In this document: piece by piece, positions 49,011 through 58,437 of the stretch | How the letters are laid out: each line of letters opens with the position of its first letter | Position numbering within the stretch: position 1 is the first letter of the stretch | Origin: Psychrosphaera sp. | GTDB lineage: Bacteria > Pseudomonadota > Gammaproteobacteria > Enterobacterales > Alteromonadaceae | Reading direction: 5' to 3' | Assembly: GCA_034111705.1 (NCBI GenBank) | Contig: JAWUWS010000109.1 | Span: 1,017 to 65,016 of the forward strand | Length of the DNA stretch: 64,000 nucleotides | Made by a program: the position numbers and the translations under genes | The notes under the pieces: model-generated | The model's database searches: none | What the model was told of the DNA's origin: nothing | Seen by the model: only the letters and a program-made list of their open reading frames with translations

Positions 49011-50090
49011 ATGAAGGTATTTGGAAGGTGTACTCATGCTGAGATAAATATTGCAGCTGTAGTTGATAATTTTAAACAAATATCAGCGTTAGCCCCCAAT
49101 AGCCAAACGTTAGCTGTTATTAAAGCCGATGCATATGGCCATGGTGCAGTACCGATTGCTCAAGCGTTATCAAAGAACGCAGAAGCCTTTGCAGTTGCTT
49201 TTATAGATGAGGCTGTACATTTACGAGAGCATGCGATTGTTCAACCAATTTTGCTACTTGAAGGGGTTATGAGCGAACCTGAAATGCTATTAGCCTATGA
49301 ACTCGACCTTTGGGTTATGTTACATACTAAAGAACATTTTGAATGGTTACGTAATTTGACACCAACGCAGCGGCCAAAAGTATGGATAAAAGTCGATACT
49401 GGTATGCATCGATTAGGAATTGAATTAACCGAGGTTGAATCAATTCTAGCTGAGTTTAATGAATTACTAACTCCCTCAACGGTATTATGCAGCCATTTAG
49501 CCTGTGCGGATGAAAAGTATAATCAAGCGAATGTCTTGCAAACAAATCAGTTAGAAAAATTAGCCTTGGCTCATGGCTTGCCGTTTAGCCTAGCCAATTC
49601 AGCTGGGATACTAGAGTGGCCTAATACTTATGGAGCTTGGAATCGTTTAGGAATAGCGTTGTACGGGTCTTCATTGATCAATACTAAAGAGCTAATGTTA
49701 CAACCTGTGATGAAAGTTACAGCACCCATTATTGCTTTGAGAACATTGGAAAAGGGTGAATGTGTTGGCTATGGACAAAGTTGGACTGCTCAGCGTAAGA
49801 CCATAATTGCTACGGTCGCAATAGGTTACGCAGATGGCTACCCTCGTCACGCCCGTGTAGGTACTCCAGCTTGGTTACATGATAAAAAAGTGCCCTTAGT
49901 TGGACGGGTGTCCATGGATATGATCACGTTTGATGTTACCGACATTGGCCAAGTTAAAGTAGCGGACAATATAGAACTTTGGGGGGAGCATGTATCAGTT
50001 GAAGAAGTGGCTGAATGCGCTTCAACTATTTCTTACGAGTTATTAAGTAGGTTATCTCCAAGGGTTAAACGTTCTTATATTAATAATTAA
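49011..50090 (+). CDS. alr: Alanine racemase
   Basis: AVIKADAYGHG PLP lysine, KVDTGMHRLG, GYADGYPR, GRVSMDM. Confidence 0.96.
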   Translation: MKVFGRCTHAEINIAAVVDNFKQISALAPNSQTLAVIKADAYGHGAVPIAQALSKNAEAFAVAFIDEAVHLREHAIVQPILLLEGVMSEPEMLLAYELDLWVMLHTKEHFEWLRNLTPTQRPKVWIKVDTGMHRLGIELTEVESILAEFNELLTPSTVLCSHLACADEKYNQANVLQTNQLEKLALAHGLPFSLANSAGILEWPNTYGAWNRLGIALYGSSLINTKELMLQPVMKVTAPIIALRTLEKGECVGYGQSWTAQRKTIIATVAIGYADGYPRHARVGTPAWLHDKKVPLVGRVSMDMITFDVTDIGQVKVADNIELWGEHVSVEEVAECASTISYELLSRLSPRVKRSYINN

Positions 50091-50165
50091 TTACATCTTC
50101 TAGAAACAGGAAGTGTAATTTTGAATAAACGTTACGTTTTGTATTTAAATTGTTTTGGTAGGGTT

Positions 50166-51380
50166 ATGCATTCACATATTGAACAGTTACATCATATTTC
50201 TAACAAAGAGTCACGGTTAATTATTGGCCTAATGAGTGGTACGTCTTTAGATGGATTGGATATTGCCCTTTGTAAAATGAGTCATTCCGGTACCCAAACT
50301 GAGTGTGAATTATTGGGTTTTACCACAATCGATTACTGCGATGATTATCGACAGCATGTTAAAGGTATATTTGCGAAATCTGTTGGTAGCATTGAACATG
50401 TGTGTATGTTGAATGCATGGATTGGACGTTATCACGCTAAATTAGTAAATCAGGCGATTCAACAATTTGGTTATCAAAATGCCGACATTGATGTGATTGC
50501 CAGTCATGGTCAAACGATTTACCACAGCCCAATAGAGCAACATCAATATCAAGAATTCCCCAACGCTACTTTACAAATAGGGGATGGCGATCATATTGCT
50601 GTATTAACGAATATCATTACCTTAAGTGATTTTAGACAAAAGCACATTGCCGCTGGAGGTCAAGGTGCACCACTTGTTATGTATGGTGATTACTTGTTGT
50701 TTCATAGTCTTGATGAAAATCGCATTATGCTTAATATCGGTGGCATAGCTAATTTAACTTATTTGCCAAGTAAAGATTGTGTATCCAATATATTTAGTTC
50801 AGATATAGGACCTGGAAATACAATAATGGATGCATTTGTGCAGAGCCATTATTCAGGCCTGCATTATGATAAAGATGCAGCAATTGCCAGTGCAGGTAAA
50901 GTGCATCAAGGTTTACTCAACGGACTTTCAGATTCATCGTTTTTTTCACAAGCTCTACCAAAAACAACAGGCCCTGAGGTGTTTAATTTAACTTATTTAC
51001 AGACGGCACAAACAAAAGCTAAAGCACAAGGTTTGTCGGATGAAGATATTATGGCAACCCTTTGTGAATTTAGTGCGCAGTGCATCGCCGACAGTATTAT
51101 TTTGCTTGGAAAAGGATTACCCAATTTAATGGTTTATGTTAGTGGAGGAGGTATCCATAATCCTTTATTGATGGATCGGATCAAGGTGAAGCTGAACAAA
51201 AGCTTACCTCAGTCTCAAATTGGAACGACAGGCTTATTAGCGTTAGACCCAGATGCGAAAGAGGCGGTGTTGTTTGCTCTTTTAGCTAATGAAACGTTAT
51301 GTGCAAATACAGAAACATTACCTCCAGATCAAACAAATATGCCCAACGTTAGTATGGGGAAAATCAGCTTTCCCGCTTAA
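50166..51380 (+). CDS. anmK: Anhydro-N-acetylmuramic acid kinase
   Basis: IGLMSGTSLDGLD, SHGQT, DFR...AGGQGAPL, NIGGIAN, DIGPGN, PKTTGPE, KEA; ATG at 50166. Confidence 0.96.
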   Translation: MHSHIEQLHHISNKESRLIIGLMSGTSLDGLDIALCKMSHSGTQTECELLGFTTIDYCDDYRQHVKGIFAKSVGSIEHVCMLNAWIGRYHAKLVNQAIQQFGYQNADIDVIASHGQTIYHSPIEQHQYQEFPNATLQIGDGDHIAVLTNIITLSDFRQKHIAAGGQGAPLVMYGDYLLFHSLDENRIMLNIGGIANLTYLPSKDCVSNIFSSDIGPGNTIMDAFVQSHYSGLHYDKDAAIASAGKVHQGLLNGLSDSSFFSQALPKTTGPEVFNLTYLQTAQTKAKAQGLSDEDIMATLCEFSAQCIADSIILLGKGLPNLMVYVSGGGIHNPLLMDRIKVKLNKSLPQSQIGTTGLLALDPDAKEAVLFALLANETLCANTETLPPDQTNMPNVSMGKISFPA

Positions 51381-51443
51381 TGTTTAAGCGGTAATGCAAT
51401 TGAAGATGCAACATAAATATAAGTTACATAAATAAGGAGTGAT

Positions 51444-52496
51444 ATGAATCAGCTCATCACATTTAGTCATCCGCCTTCTAACGCTATTGTTGGCTGTGCT
51501 TCAACGACATTAACAGAACATGAAATAACGTTGTTTAAACGAATGCGTCCTTTGGGACTTATTTTGTTTGCACGCAATATTACAGATCCTAAACAAGTCA
51601 GCGCACTTGTCGATGAGTTTAAATTTATCACTGATAATCAATATGCATTGATCTTAATTGACCAAGAAGGTGGTCGAGTATCACGGTTACCTGAACCGCA
51701 TTGGCGTAGACCGCCAAGTCCTACAGAATTTGCCAAATTGTATAAACACGCTCCCGAGGCAGCCATTCGTGCATGTGAAATTAATTATCAGTTAATTGGT
51801 GCTGACTTAAAACGTATTGGCGTTAATGTCGATTGTGCGCCTATGTTAGATATTCCACAGCCTGATGCTTCTACTGTTGTAACAGACAGAGCATTAGGCG
51901 ATACACCTGAAAGTGTTATTGCTTTAGGTCAGGCGACTATTAACGGTTTGCAACTTAGCGGAGTGGAACCTGTTATAAAACATGGTCCTGGTCATGGACG
52001 TGGAACAAAAGACAGTCACAAAGCTTTACCTGTTGTAGACGCAGGTATGGAAGCGCTTGCGAAATGGGACTTCTTACCTTTTCAACACTTTAAACACGAA
52101 TCTATGTTAATGACGGCACATATTCTTTATACCGCTATAGATGCTGAACTTCCTGGGACCTTAAGTCCTAAAGTTATAAACGAAGTGTTAAGAAGATATA
52201 TTGGTTTTGATGGTCTTATAATGACCGATGATATTGATATGCATGCCTTAACAGGAAGTACCGCAGAAAAGGCGCAACAAGCACTAAATGCAGGTTGCGA
52301 CATCGTGTTGCAGTGCAGTGGTAATATTGATGATTTATTGTCTCTTGAATCTGCGATACAACCATTGTCGGGTAAAGCACTTAAACGTGCTGAAATCGCC
52401 GCTACAAAGTCAGCGTTACAACAAAAAGATATTGATAGTGTTGCACTATTAGCTGAACTGTCAGAGCTTTTATCAAAAGGAAACGAGTCACCATGA
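51444..52496 (+). CDS. nagZ: GH3 beta-N-acetylhexosaminidase
   Basis: ILFARN, IDQEGGRV, KHGPGHG...DSH, MTAH, TDDIDM; no signal peptide. Confidence 0.93.
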   Translation: MNQLITFSHPPSNAIVGCASTTLTEHEITLFKRMRPLGLILFARNITDPKQVSALVDEFKFITDNQYALILIDQEGGRVSRLPEPHWRRPPSPTEFAKLYKHAPEAAIRACEINYQLIGADLKRIGVNVDCAPMLDIPQPDASTVVTDRALGDTPESVIALGQATINGLQLSGVEPVIKHGPGHGRGTKDSHKALPVVDAGMEALAKWDFLPFQHFKHESMLMTAHILYTAIDAELPGTLSPKVINEVLRRYIGFDGLIMTDDIDMHALTGSTAEKAQQALNAGCDIVLQCSGNIDDLLSLESAIQPLSGKALKRAEIAATKSALQQKDIDSVALLAELSELLSKGNESP

Positions 52497-54106
52497 TTGA
52501 CCAATATACTGGGTTAGATGTAGCTGTTTTTGCATTGTATTTTCTAATATTACTGATCACAGGTTATATATTTAACCGACGTGCGAAAAACTCGAATGAT
52601 TATTTTTTAGGTGGTAACAATATGTCGATTTGGGTAGTGAGTATTTCGGTACTCGCTACGTCGCAGTCTGCTGCTACGTTTCTTGGTGGGCCAGACCAAG
52701 GCTATCGTGGAGATTTAACGTATCTTTCTACAAATATTGCTGGGTTTATAGCTGCTTTTTTTGTAGCTAAATTCTTATTGCCTAGATTTTATGCGCTTAA
52801 AGCCTTTACTGTATATGAGTTACTAGGCAGCCGTTTTGGTGATAATGCAAAATATCAAGCGGGTATGGTTTATTTGTTTGGTCGTTTGTTTGCCAGTGGC
52901 GCTAGACTATTTATGGCAGCAATCGCAGTTTCAATGATCTTATTTGGCGATGTTGAACCAAGCTCTGTTTCTATCGCTATCTGTATTATTTCGGTGGTAG
53001 GTTTTACTTACACCGTTTACGGTGGCATTCGTACCGTTATTTATTCAGATGTTGTGCAATGTGTTATTTATGTTGGAGCCGCGGTGCTTGTTCTTTGGCA
53101 TCTTATGCAGTCAATCCCACTCAGTACTGGAGAAATCATAAATGTATTGCAGTCACCGGGTGTTGACCAATCATCTAAGCTGACATTTATTGATTTTACA
53201 GTCGACTTTACTAGTTCTGGCGTTTTTAATATTTGGTCAATTCTGACTGGTTTTGTGTTGTTAAATATCGCCGCTTTTGGTCTTGATCAAGACGTAACTC
53301 AACGCATGTTGACGTGCAAAGATGCAAAAAGTGCGACTAAAGCGCTTGTTTCATCAATTATTATGGGCATTCCAATTGTTTTAGTGTTCGTTTGTATTGG
53401 CTTGCTGCTTTTCATTTTTTATCAACGTCCAGATATTATGGCTCAAGCGGCTGGTGGAGCACCCATTCCTGAATTTGAAGGACAAACGGTTACCATCTTT
53501 ATGTATTATGTTTTAACCAGTTTACCTAATGGAATTAAAGCGGTTGTTACTATAGGTATTGTGGCTGCAGCATTATCGACTCTTAATTCAGGTTTGAATT
53601 CAATGTCGTCGGTGGCAGTGCAGGATATTTATCGTGGCTGGTACAAAAAGGGTGTGGCCATCAGTGAAGATAAGTTAGTGAACATAGGTCGCTGGTCTAT
53701 GGGAATAGTGGCAGTTGCACTTAGTTGTGTTGCGCTACTTTGTTATTACTGGCAGCAATATACTGACACACCTCTTTTAGCCTTTGCTTTAAGTGTCATG
53801 GTGTTTTCATATAGTGGTCTTTTAGGTATATATTTCACTGCGTTATTTTCTGAGCGTGGAAGTCCGGGTTCTATTGTTAGCGCTTTGCTGGTTGGCTTTG
53901 CAACTCCAATGTTAATGCAACCATATATCCAGTCTTTGTATTTACCAGAGTCATGGCAATTTGATTTGGCCTTCACATGGCAATTGGTTGTTGGTACTGC
54001 AATATCTACGTTAGTTTGTTTATCAAGAAAGAATAATCATATTCAGCCGCAAAGTATTTCTAAAGATGATCTCAGCAGCTCTCAGCCAATTAAAGGAACA
54101 GTATAA
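52493..54106 (+). CDS. Sodium:solute symporter (SSS family)
   Basis: DYFLGG, SAATFLG, YGGIRTVIYSDVVQ, DQDVTQR, AAALST; about 13 TM segments. Confidence 0.93.
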   Translation: MIDQYTGLDVAVFALYFLILLITGYIFNRRAKNSNDYFLGGNNMSIWVVSISVLATSQSAATFLGGPDQGYRGDLTYLSTNIAGFIAAFFVAKFLLPRFYALKAFTVYELLGSRFGDNAKYQAGMVYLFGRLFASGARLFMAAIAVSMILFGDVEPSSVSIAICIISVVGFTYTVYGGIRTVIYSDVVQCVIYVGAAVLVLWHLMQSIPLSTGEIINVLQSPGVDQSSKLTFIDFTVDFTSSGVFNIWSILTGFVLLNIAAFGLDQDVTQRMLTCKDAKSATKALVSSIIMGIPIVLVFVCIGLLLFIFYQRPDIMAQAAGGAPIPEFEGQTVTIFMYYVLTSLPNGIKAVVTIGIVAAALSTLNSGLNSMSSVAVQDIYRGWYKKGVAISEDKLVNIGRWSMGIVAVALSCVALLCYYWQQYTDTPLLAFALSVMVFSYSGLLGIYFTALFSERGSPGSIVSALLVGFATPMLMQPYIQSLYLPESWQFDLAFTWQLVVGTAISTLVCLSRKNNHIQPQSISKDDLSSSQPIKGTV

Positions 54107-55122
54107 TGTCACAATCTCTAATGGCTCAAGAAGCCTTACAAACGCCAAAAAAAATAGCGGATCAACTTGACCAGAATCAAAATAGAGTAAAAGCGATTGT
54201 TGAAGGAATAAAAACGTTTGCTCCTAAGTCCGTTATGATAATTGGACGAGGTTCATCGGATCATGCCGGCGTATACGCAAAATATTTAATAGAGACTGAA
54301 CTTGGTATCCCTGTTTCTGCTGCCGCACCCTCAGTGAGTACGTTATTTGGTAAAACCCTTAAGTTAGACACTACGCTAGTGATTTGTATTTCACAGTCAG
54401 GAAGAAGTCCTGACATTTTGCATCAAGTTGAAAAAGCCAAGCAAACCGGTGCGTTTTGTTTAGCATTAGTAAATGACGAGTCATCACCTTTAGCTGAACT
54501 AGCCAATGAAGTATTACCACTTCAAGCTGGTCCTGAAAAAGCGGTTGCAGCAACTAAAAGCTTTTTATGTACGCTAAGCGCTATCGTATCGCTTGTTGCT
54601 ACTTGGTCAGGATCCTCGGAGTTATTAGCTGGATTACAACAATTACCAAAACAGTTAGAGAATGTTGTAAAACAGCCTCCTCAATTAACGTTTGATGCAT
54701 TGGATAATGTGAAGCATTGCGTGGTATTAGGACGTGGGTTTGGTTATGCAATAAGTCGAGAGCTAGCCCTTAAACTGAAAGAGGTATGTGGTATTCATGC
54801 TGAGTCATTTAGTAGTGCAGAGTTTTTGCACGGGCCTATCACGCTTGTGGCGAAAAAGCTGATGTTAATTGATATAGAAATTGCAGACGAAACCTTTATA
54901 CATCATAAAAAACAAGTCGATGAAGTCATCAGTAGAGGCGGAGATGTCATTAGTTTAAAAGTAAAACAAGACAATATATCTGAAAGCGATAAAATACATA
55001 AACGTTTGGCTCCATTAGCTATAATGTTACGTTTTTATCTTGATATTGAACAGGTTGCACAACAAATGGGATTAAACCCAGATGAACCTGTAGGTTTGAA
55101 TAAAGTGACACAAACTCTTTAA
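54106..55122 (+). CDS. nagB-II: SIS-domain glucosamine-6-phosphate deaminase (NagB-II type)
   Basis: GRGSSDHA, ISQSGRSPD, GPEKAVAATKS, ALKLKEV, AEFLHGP, LNKVTQTL; no glutaminase domain. Confidence 0.88.
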   Translation: MSQSLMAQEALQTPKKIADQLDQNQNRVKAIVEGIKTFAPKSVMIIGRGSSDHAGVYAKYLIETELGIPVSAAAPSVSTLFGKTLKLDTTLVICISQSGRSPDILHQVEKAKQTGAFCLALVNDESSPLAELANEVLPLQAGPEKAVAATKSFLCTLSAIVSLVATWSGSSELLAGLQQLPKQLENVVKQPPQLTFDALDNVKHCVVLGRGFGYAISRELALKLKEVCGIHAESFSSAEFLHGPITLVAKKLMLIDIEIADETFIHHKKQVDEVISRGGDVISLKVKQDNISESDKIHKRLAPLAIMLRFYLDIEQVAQQMGLNPDEPVGLNKVTQTL

Positions 55123-55154
55123 TTGGCATAATACAAATAACAGGTGCTTTGAAT

Positions 55155-56270
55155 ATGACATGGTTTTGCGCAAAACAGTTTTTTGATGGTGTTGATTTAC
55201 ATACGGATCATTACTTTCAAGTAAGAAGCGGTGTTATTTCATCTGTTTCAAGTGAGCCTGTTACTTGTGATGTGCACATAGATGGTCTGGTTACTCCAGG
55301 CTTTGTTGATACACAAGTGAATGGTGGAGGTGGGGTATTATTTAACCAAGCTCCAACAGCACAATCACTTAGGACTATGTTTAAAGCTCATCAACAGTTT
55401 GGCACAACGGCAATGACGCCAACCTTGATCACCGACAATCTCAATGTTATGCAACACGCAGCTGATGCGATAGCAGAAGCTATATCAGAGGAAATGGAAG
55501 GAATTGTAGGAGTCCATTTTGAAGGTCCTCACTTAAGCATAGCTAAACGTGGAATTCATCCATCTGATCAAGTACGTGCTATGACCGATGCCGAGCTTAA
55601 GCTGGTCACACGTAAGGATTTAGGTAAAGTATTGTTAACTGTTGCACCTGAAAATGTTAGCCCTGATGTTATAAAAGACTTAGTAAACGAAGGTGTAATT
55701 GTTGCCTTGGGTCATTCAAATGCCGATTTTGATACCGTTTTGGCTGCAATAGATGCAGGCGCCACGGGTGCAACACATTTATTTAACGCTATGTCTGGTT
55801 TACAAGCTAGAACGCCTGGATTAATTGGTGCTGCATTAGACGATGAACGTATTACTGCTGGCTTGATAGTGGACTTGTTACATGTACACCGCACAAACTG
55901 CCGTTTAGCGTTTAAGGCTAAATCAGCAAAAGGCATTATGTTAGTAACGGATGCAATGGCGCATGTCGGTTGTGATTTAGTGTCTTTACCTTGGTTGGAC
56001 TCAACGATTATCAGAGACGGTAATAAGTTAACCACACCAGATGGTACGTTGGCTGGCTCTTGCCTTGATATGATCTCTGCCGTTAAGCAATCACATCAGA
56101 TATTGGGGATTACTTTACAGGATGCTCTGCACAGTGCCACACAAGTTCCGGCTAAGTTTCTAGGATTAAATGATGTTGGTCATTTACAAGTAGGGGCTAA
56201 AGCTGACTTTTTAGTTATTGATAAACATGTAAATATTGAGCGGATTTATCAAGCCGGTAAGTTAGTTTAA
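55155..56270 (+). CDS. nagA: N-acetylglucosamine-6-phosphate deacetylase
   Basis: PGFVDTQVNGGGG, HFEGP, GHS, THLFNAM, VTDAM, LAGS; ATG at 55155 (TTG at 55149 alternative). Confidence 0.96.
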   Translation: MTWFCAKQFFDGVDLHTDHYFQVRSGVISSVSSEPVTCDVHIDGLVTPGFVDTQVNGGGGVLFNQAPTAQSLRTMFKAHQQFGTTAMTPTLITDNLNVMQHAADAIAEAISEEMEGIVGVHFEGPHLSIAKRGIHPSDQVRAMTDAELKLVTRKDLGKVLLTVAPENVSPDVIKDLVNEGVIVALGHSNADFDTVLAAIDAGATGATHLFNAMSGLQARTPGLIGAALDDERITAGLIVDLLHVHRTNCRLAFKAKSAKGIMLVTDAMAHVGCDLVSLPWLDSTIIRDGNKLTTPDGTLAGSCLDMISAVKQSHQILGITLQDALHSATQVPAKFLGLNDVGHLQVGAKADFLVIDKHVNIERIYQAGKLV

Positions 56271-56278
56271 ACTTCGTA

Positions 56279-56938
56279 TTATTTTATGTAAGGTATTAAT
56301 TGCCTAAAGTCGGTTGTATTTATATACCCTTTAATTTCTTTTGCTGCTTTTTTACTGTCTGGATTTGCTACAGCTAATAAATGTTTAATCCCAAACTTTT
56401 TCGCTGACGCTAAAACGGGTTTTGAGTCATCAACAAATAAGGTGTGTTTGTTGTCAAAACCAATGTCTTGTTGAAGCTGCTGCCATAAACTCTGACTTTC
56501 TTTACTAACGCCATACTGATGGCATGAAATTAATGTGTCTATATGACTATCTAATTGGGTCATCTCTACTTTTAAACTGAGTGAATTGGGATGAGCATTC
56601 GTCACCAAAATTACTTTTTTACCAGCAGCTTTTAATGCATCTAAAAACGGAATAGTGTCTTCGCGTAGTTGAATTAAATGACTAATTTCTCGTTTTAACT
56701 CAACTATCGGTAAATCTAATTCCTGCTGCCAGTAATCTAAGCAATACCACTCTAGCTGACCATGGACTGCATCGTTTTGCTTTTTAAGTTCGTATTTAGC
56801 TTGTTGTAAGGGAATATCATGCTTTTTAGCGAATGCTTTTGGCGTATGTTCCATCCAAAAATGATTGTCAAAATGCAAATCAAGTAACGTCCCATCCATA
56901 TCAAGTAAAACAGTGTGTATATCAGACCAATTAAGCAT
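56279..56938 (-). CDS. yrfG: GMP/IMP nucleotidase (HAD family)
   Basis: LLDMDGTLLDLHFDNHFW, WYCLDYW, VTNAHP, FVDDS. Confidence 0.95.
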   Translation of the reverse strand: MLNWSDIHTVLLDMDGTLLDLHFDNHFWMEHTPKAFAKKHDIPLQQAKYELKKQNDAVHGQLEWYCLDYWQQELDLPIVELKREISHLIQLREDTIPFLDALKAAGKKVILVTNAHPNSLSLKVEMTQLDSHIDTLISCHQYGVSKESQSLWQQLQQDIGFDNKHTLFVDDSKPVLASAKKFGIKHLLAVANPDSKKAAKEIKGYINTTDFRQLIPYIK

Positions 56939-57001
56939 AGATTTTTAATCTTTGTTCGTTATAGTAGTAGCTAGGTATCCGATTCTAGCAGAAGGCAATC
57001 C

Positions 57002-57568
57002 ATGTCGGAGCACATAAAGCAAAAAAAACCGCAATTACCTGTTATTCATAGTTCTGAATTAGTAGCTAAAAGTCGTTTATTTAAAATAGAACAACTGGAA
57101 TTAGAGTTTTCCAATGGTGAACAACGCACTTATGAGCGCATGAAAAGTTCAGGCCGAGGTGCGGTCATGGTTGTACCTATTGTTAATGAGCAAGAATTTT
57201 TACTGGTTAGTGAATATTGCGCTGGAACCCACAGTTATGAACTTGGTTTTCCTAAAGGGCTTATTGATCCAGGTGAGTCTCCAGAACAAGCTGCAAACCG
57301 TGAGTTGAAAGAAGAGATCGGTTTTGGAGCCAAACGTTTAATTAAGTTAAAAACCTTATCAATTGCGCCAAGCTATTTTAACTCGTTTATGCATATATAT
57401 ATCGCACTTGATCTTTATCCTGAATCTCTTGAAGGTGATGAGCCAGAACCTCTCGAGGTTATTAATTGGCAATGGGATAATATCGATCAGTTATTAAGTA
57501 GAGATGATTTTACAGAGGCTCGAAGCGTATCAGCCTTGTTTATGGCGAAAGAGAAACTAACCTTATAA
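57002..57568 (+). CDS. nudE: ADP compounds hydrolase NudE
   Basis: SRLFKIE, FSNG..RTYER, Nudix box GLIDPGE...AANRELKEEIG, GDEPEPL. Confidence 0.95.
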   Translation: MSEHIKQKKPQLPVIHSSELVAKSRLFKIEQLELEFSNGEQRTYERMKSSGRGAVMVVPIVNEQEFLLVSEYCAGTHSYELGFPKGLIDPGESPEQAANRELKEEIGFGAKRLIKLKTLSIAPSYFNSFMHIYIALDLYPESLEGDEPEPLEVINWQWDNIDQLLSRDDFTEARSVSALFMAKEKLTL

Positions 57569-57593
57569 TCATTAGCATCTTGGGGAGTTAAGA

Positions 57594-58424
57594 GTGACAT
57601 TACCACTGGAACAATTAGCAACACATGCAGTTGAAATAGCAAGTACAGCCGGTGCTGCTATTTTAGAGTTTTTTGAAGATGGCGACTTTGAACAATTTAG
57701 TAAACTTGATGAATCTCCAGTAACCAGTGCAGATTATGCCGCCAATGAAATTGTGATGAGGGAGTTAACTCGATTAACACCTAACATCCCAATTATGTCA
57801 GAAGAAATTGAAAATATTCCCCTATCAGAGCGTAGGCTCTGGACTCGTTATTGGTTAATCGACCCGTTAGATGGTACTCAAGAATTTGTAGCAGGTCGTT
57901 CAGATTTTGCGGTGAATATTGCATTGGTTGAGAATGGCAAACCTGTACTTGGTGTTGTGCATGTACCTGTCACTAAAGCTACGTTTTGGGCCGTTGTAGG
58001 GTTAGGTGCTCATAAAATATCTAATGGTAAAACCAAACAAATAACTGCTACTTCAGTTGACCCTCAAACTTCTTGTCTGCGTGTTGCTATCAGCCGAGTA
58101 CAAAAGTTAGACATTATCACAAAATTTATTAAACCAAATATTGCTTTAGAATTCATATCTATGGGCAGTGCTGCGTTAAAATCATGTTTAGTAGCTGAAG
58201 GATTGGCTGATATTTATATTCGAATTGGCCCTACGGGTGAGTGGGATACAGGTGCCCCTCAGATTATTGTAGAAGAAGCAGGCGGTTGTATTATGGATTC
58301 AGAATTTGGGGAATTAAGTTATAATAAGAGAGAATCAGTATTAAACCCTAATTTTATGGTCGTCAGCGATAAATTAGTGGATTGGTCAACTATCGCTATT
58401 CCTCATACTTCAAGAAGAGACTAA
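57594..58424 (+). CDS. cysQ: 3'(2'),5'-bisphosphate nucleotidase
   Basis: SPVTSAD, SEE, WLIDPLDGTQEF, GPTGEWDTGA. Confidence 0.95.
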   Translation: MTLPLEQLATHAVEIASTAGAAILEFFEDGDFEQFSKLDESPVTSADYAANEIVMRELTRLTPNIPIMSEEIENIPLSERRLWTRYWLIDPLDGTQEFVAGRSDFAVNIALVENGKPVLGVVHVPVTKATFWAVVGLGAHKISNGKTKQITATSVDPQTSCLRVAISRVQKLDIITKFIKPNIALEFISMGSAALKSCLVAEGLADIYIRIGPTGEWDTGAPQIIVEEAGGCIMDSEFGELSYNKRESVLNPNFMVVSDKLVDWSTIAIPHTSRRD

Positions 58425-58437
58425 GGAAAAATTCACT

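Noticed and set aside
54106-55122. Truncated glmS pseudogene
   Set aside because: Intact two-SIS protein of normal NagB-II length, coupled to the SSS gene and followed by nagA.
51444-56270. Chitin-utilisation locus
   Set aside because: No chitinase, GH20, nagK/nagP or LacI-type NagR recognised; MurNAc- and stem-peptide-specific genes dominate.
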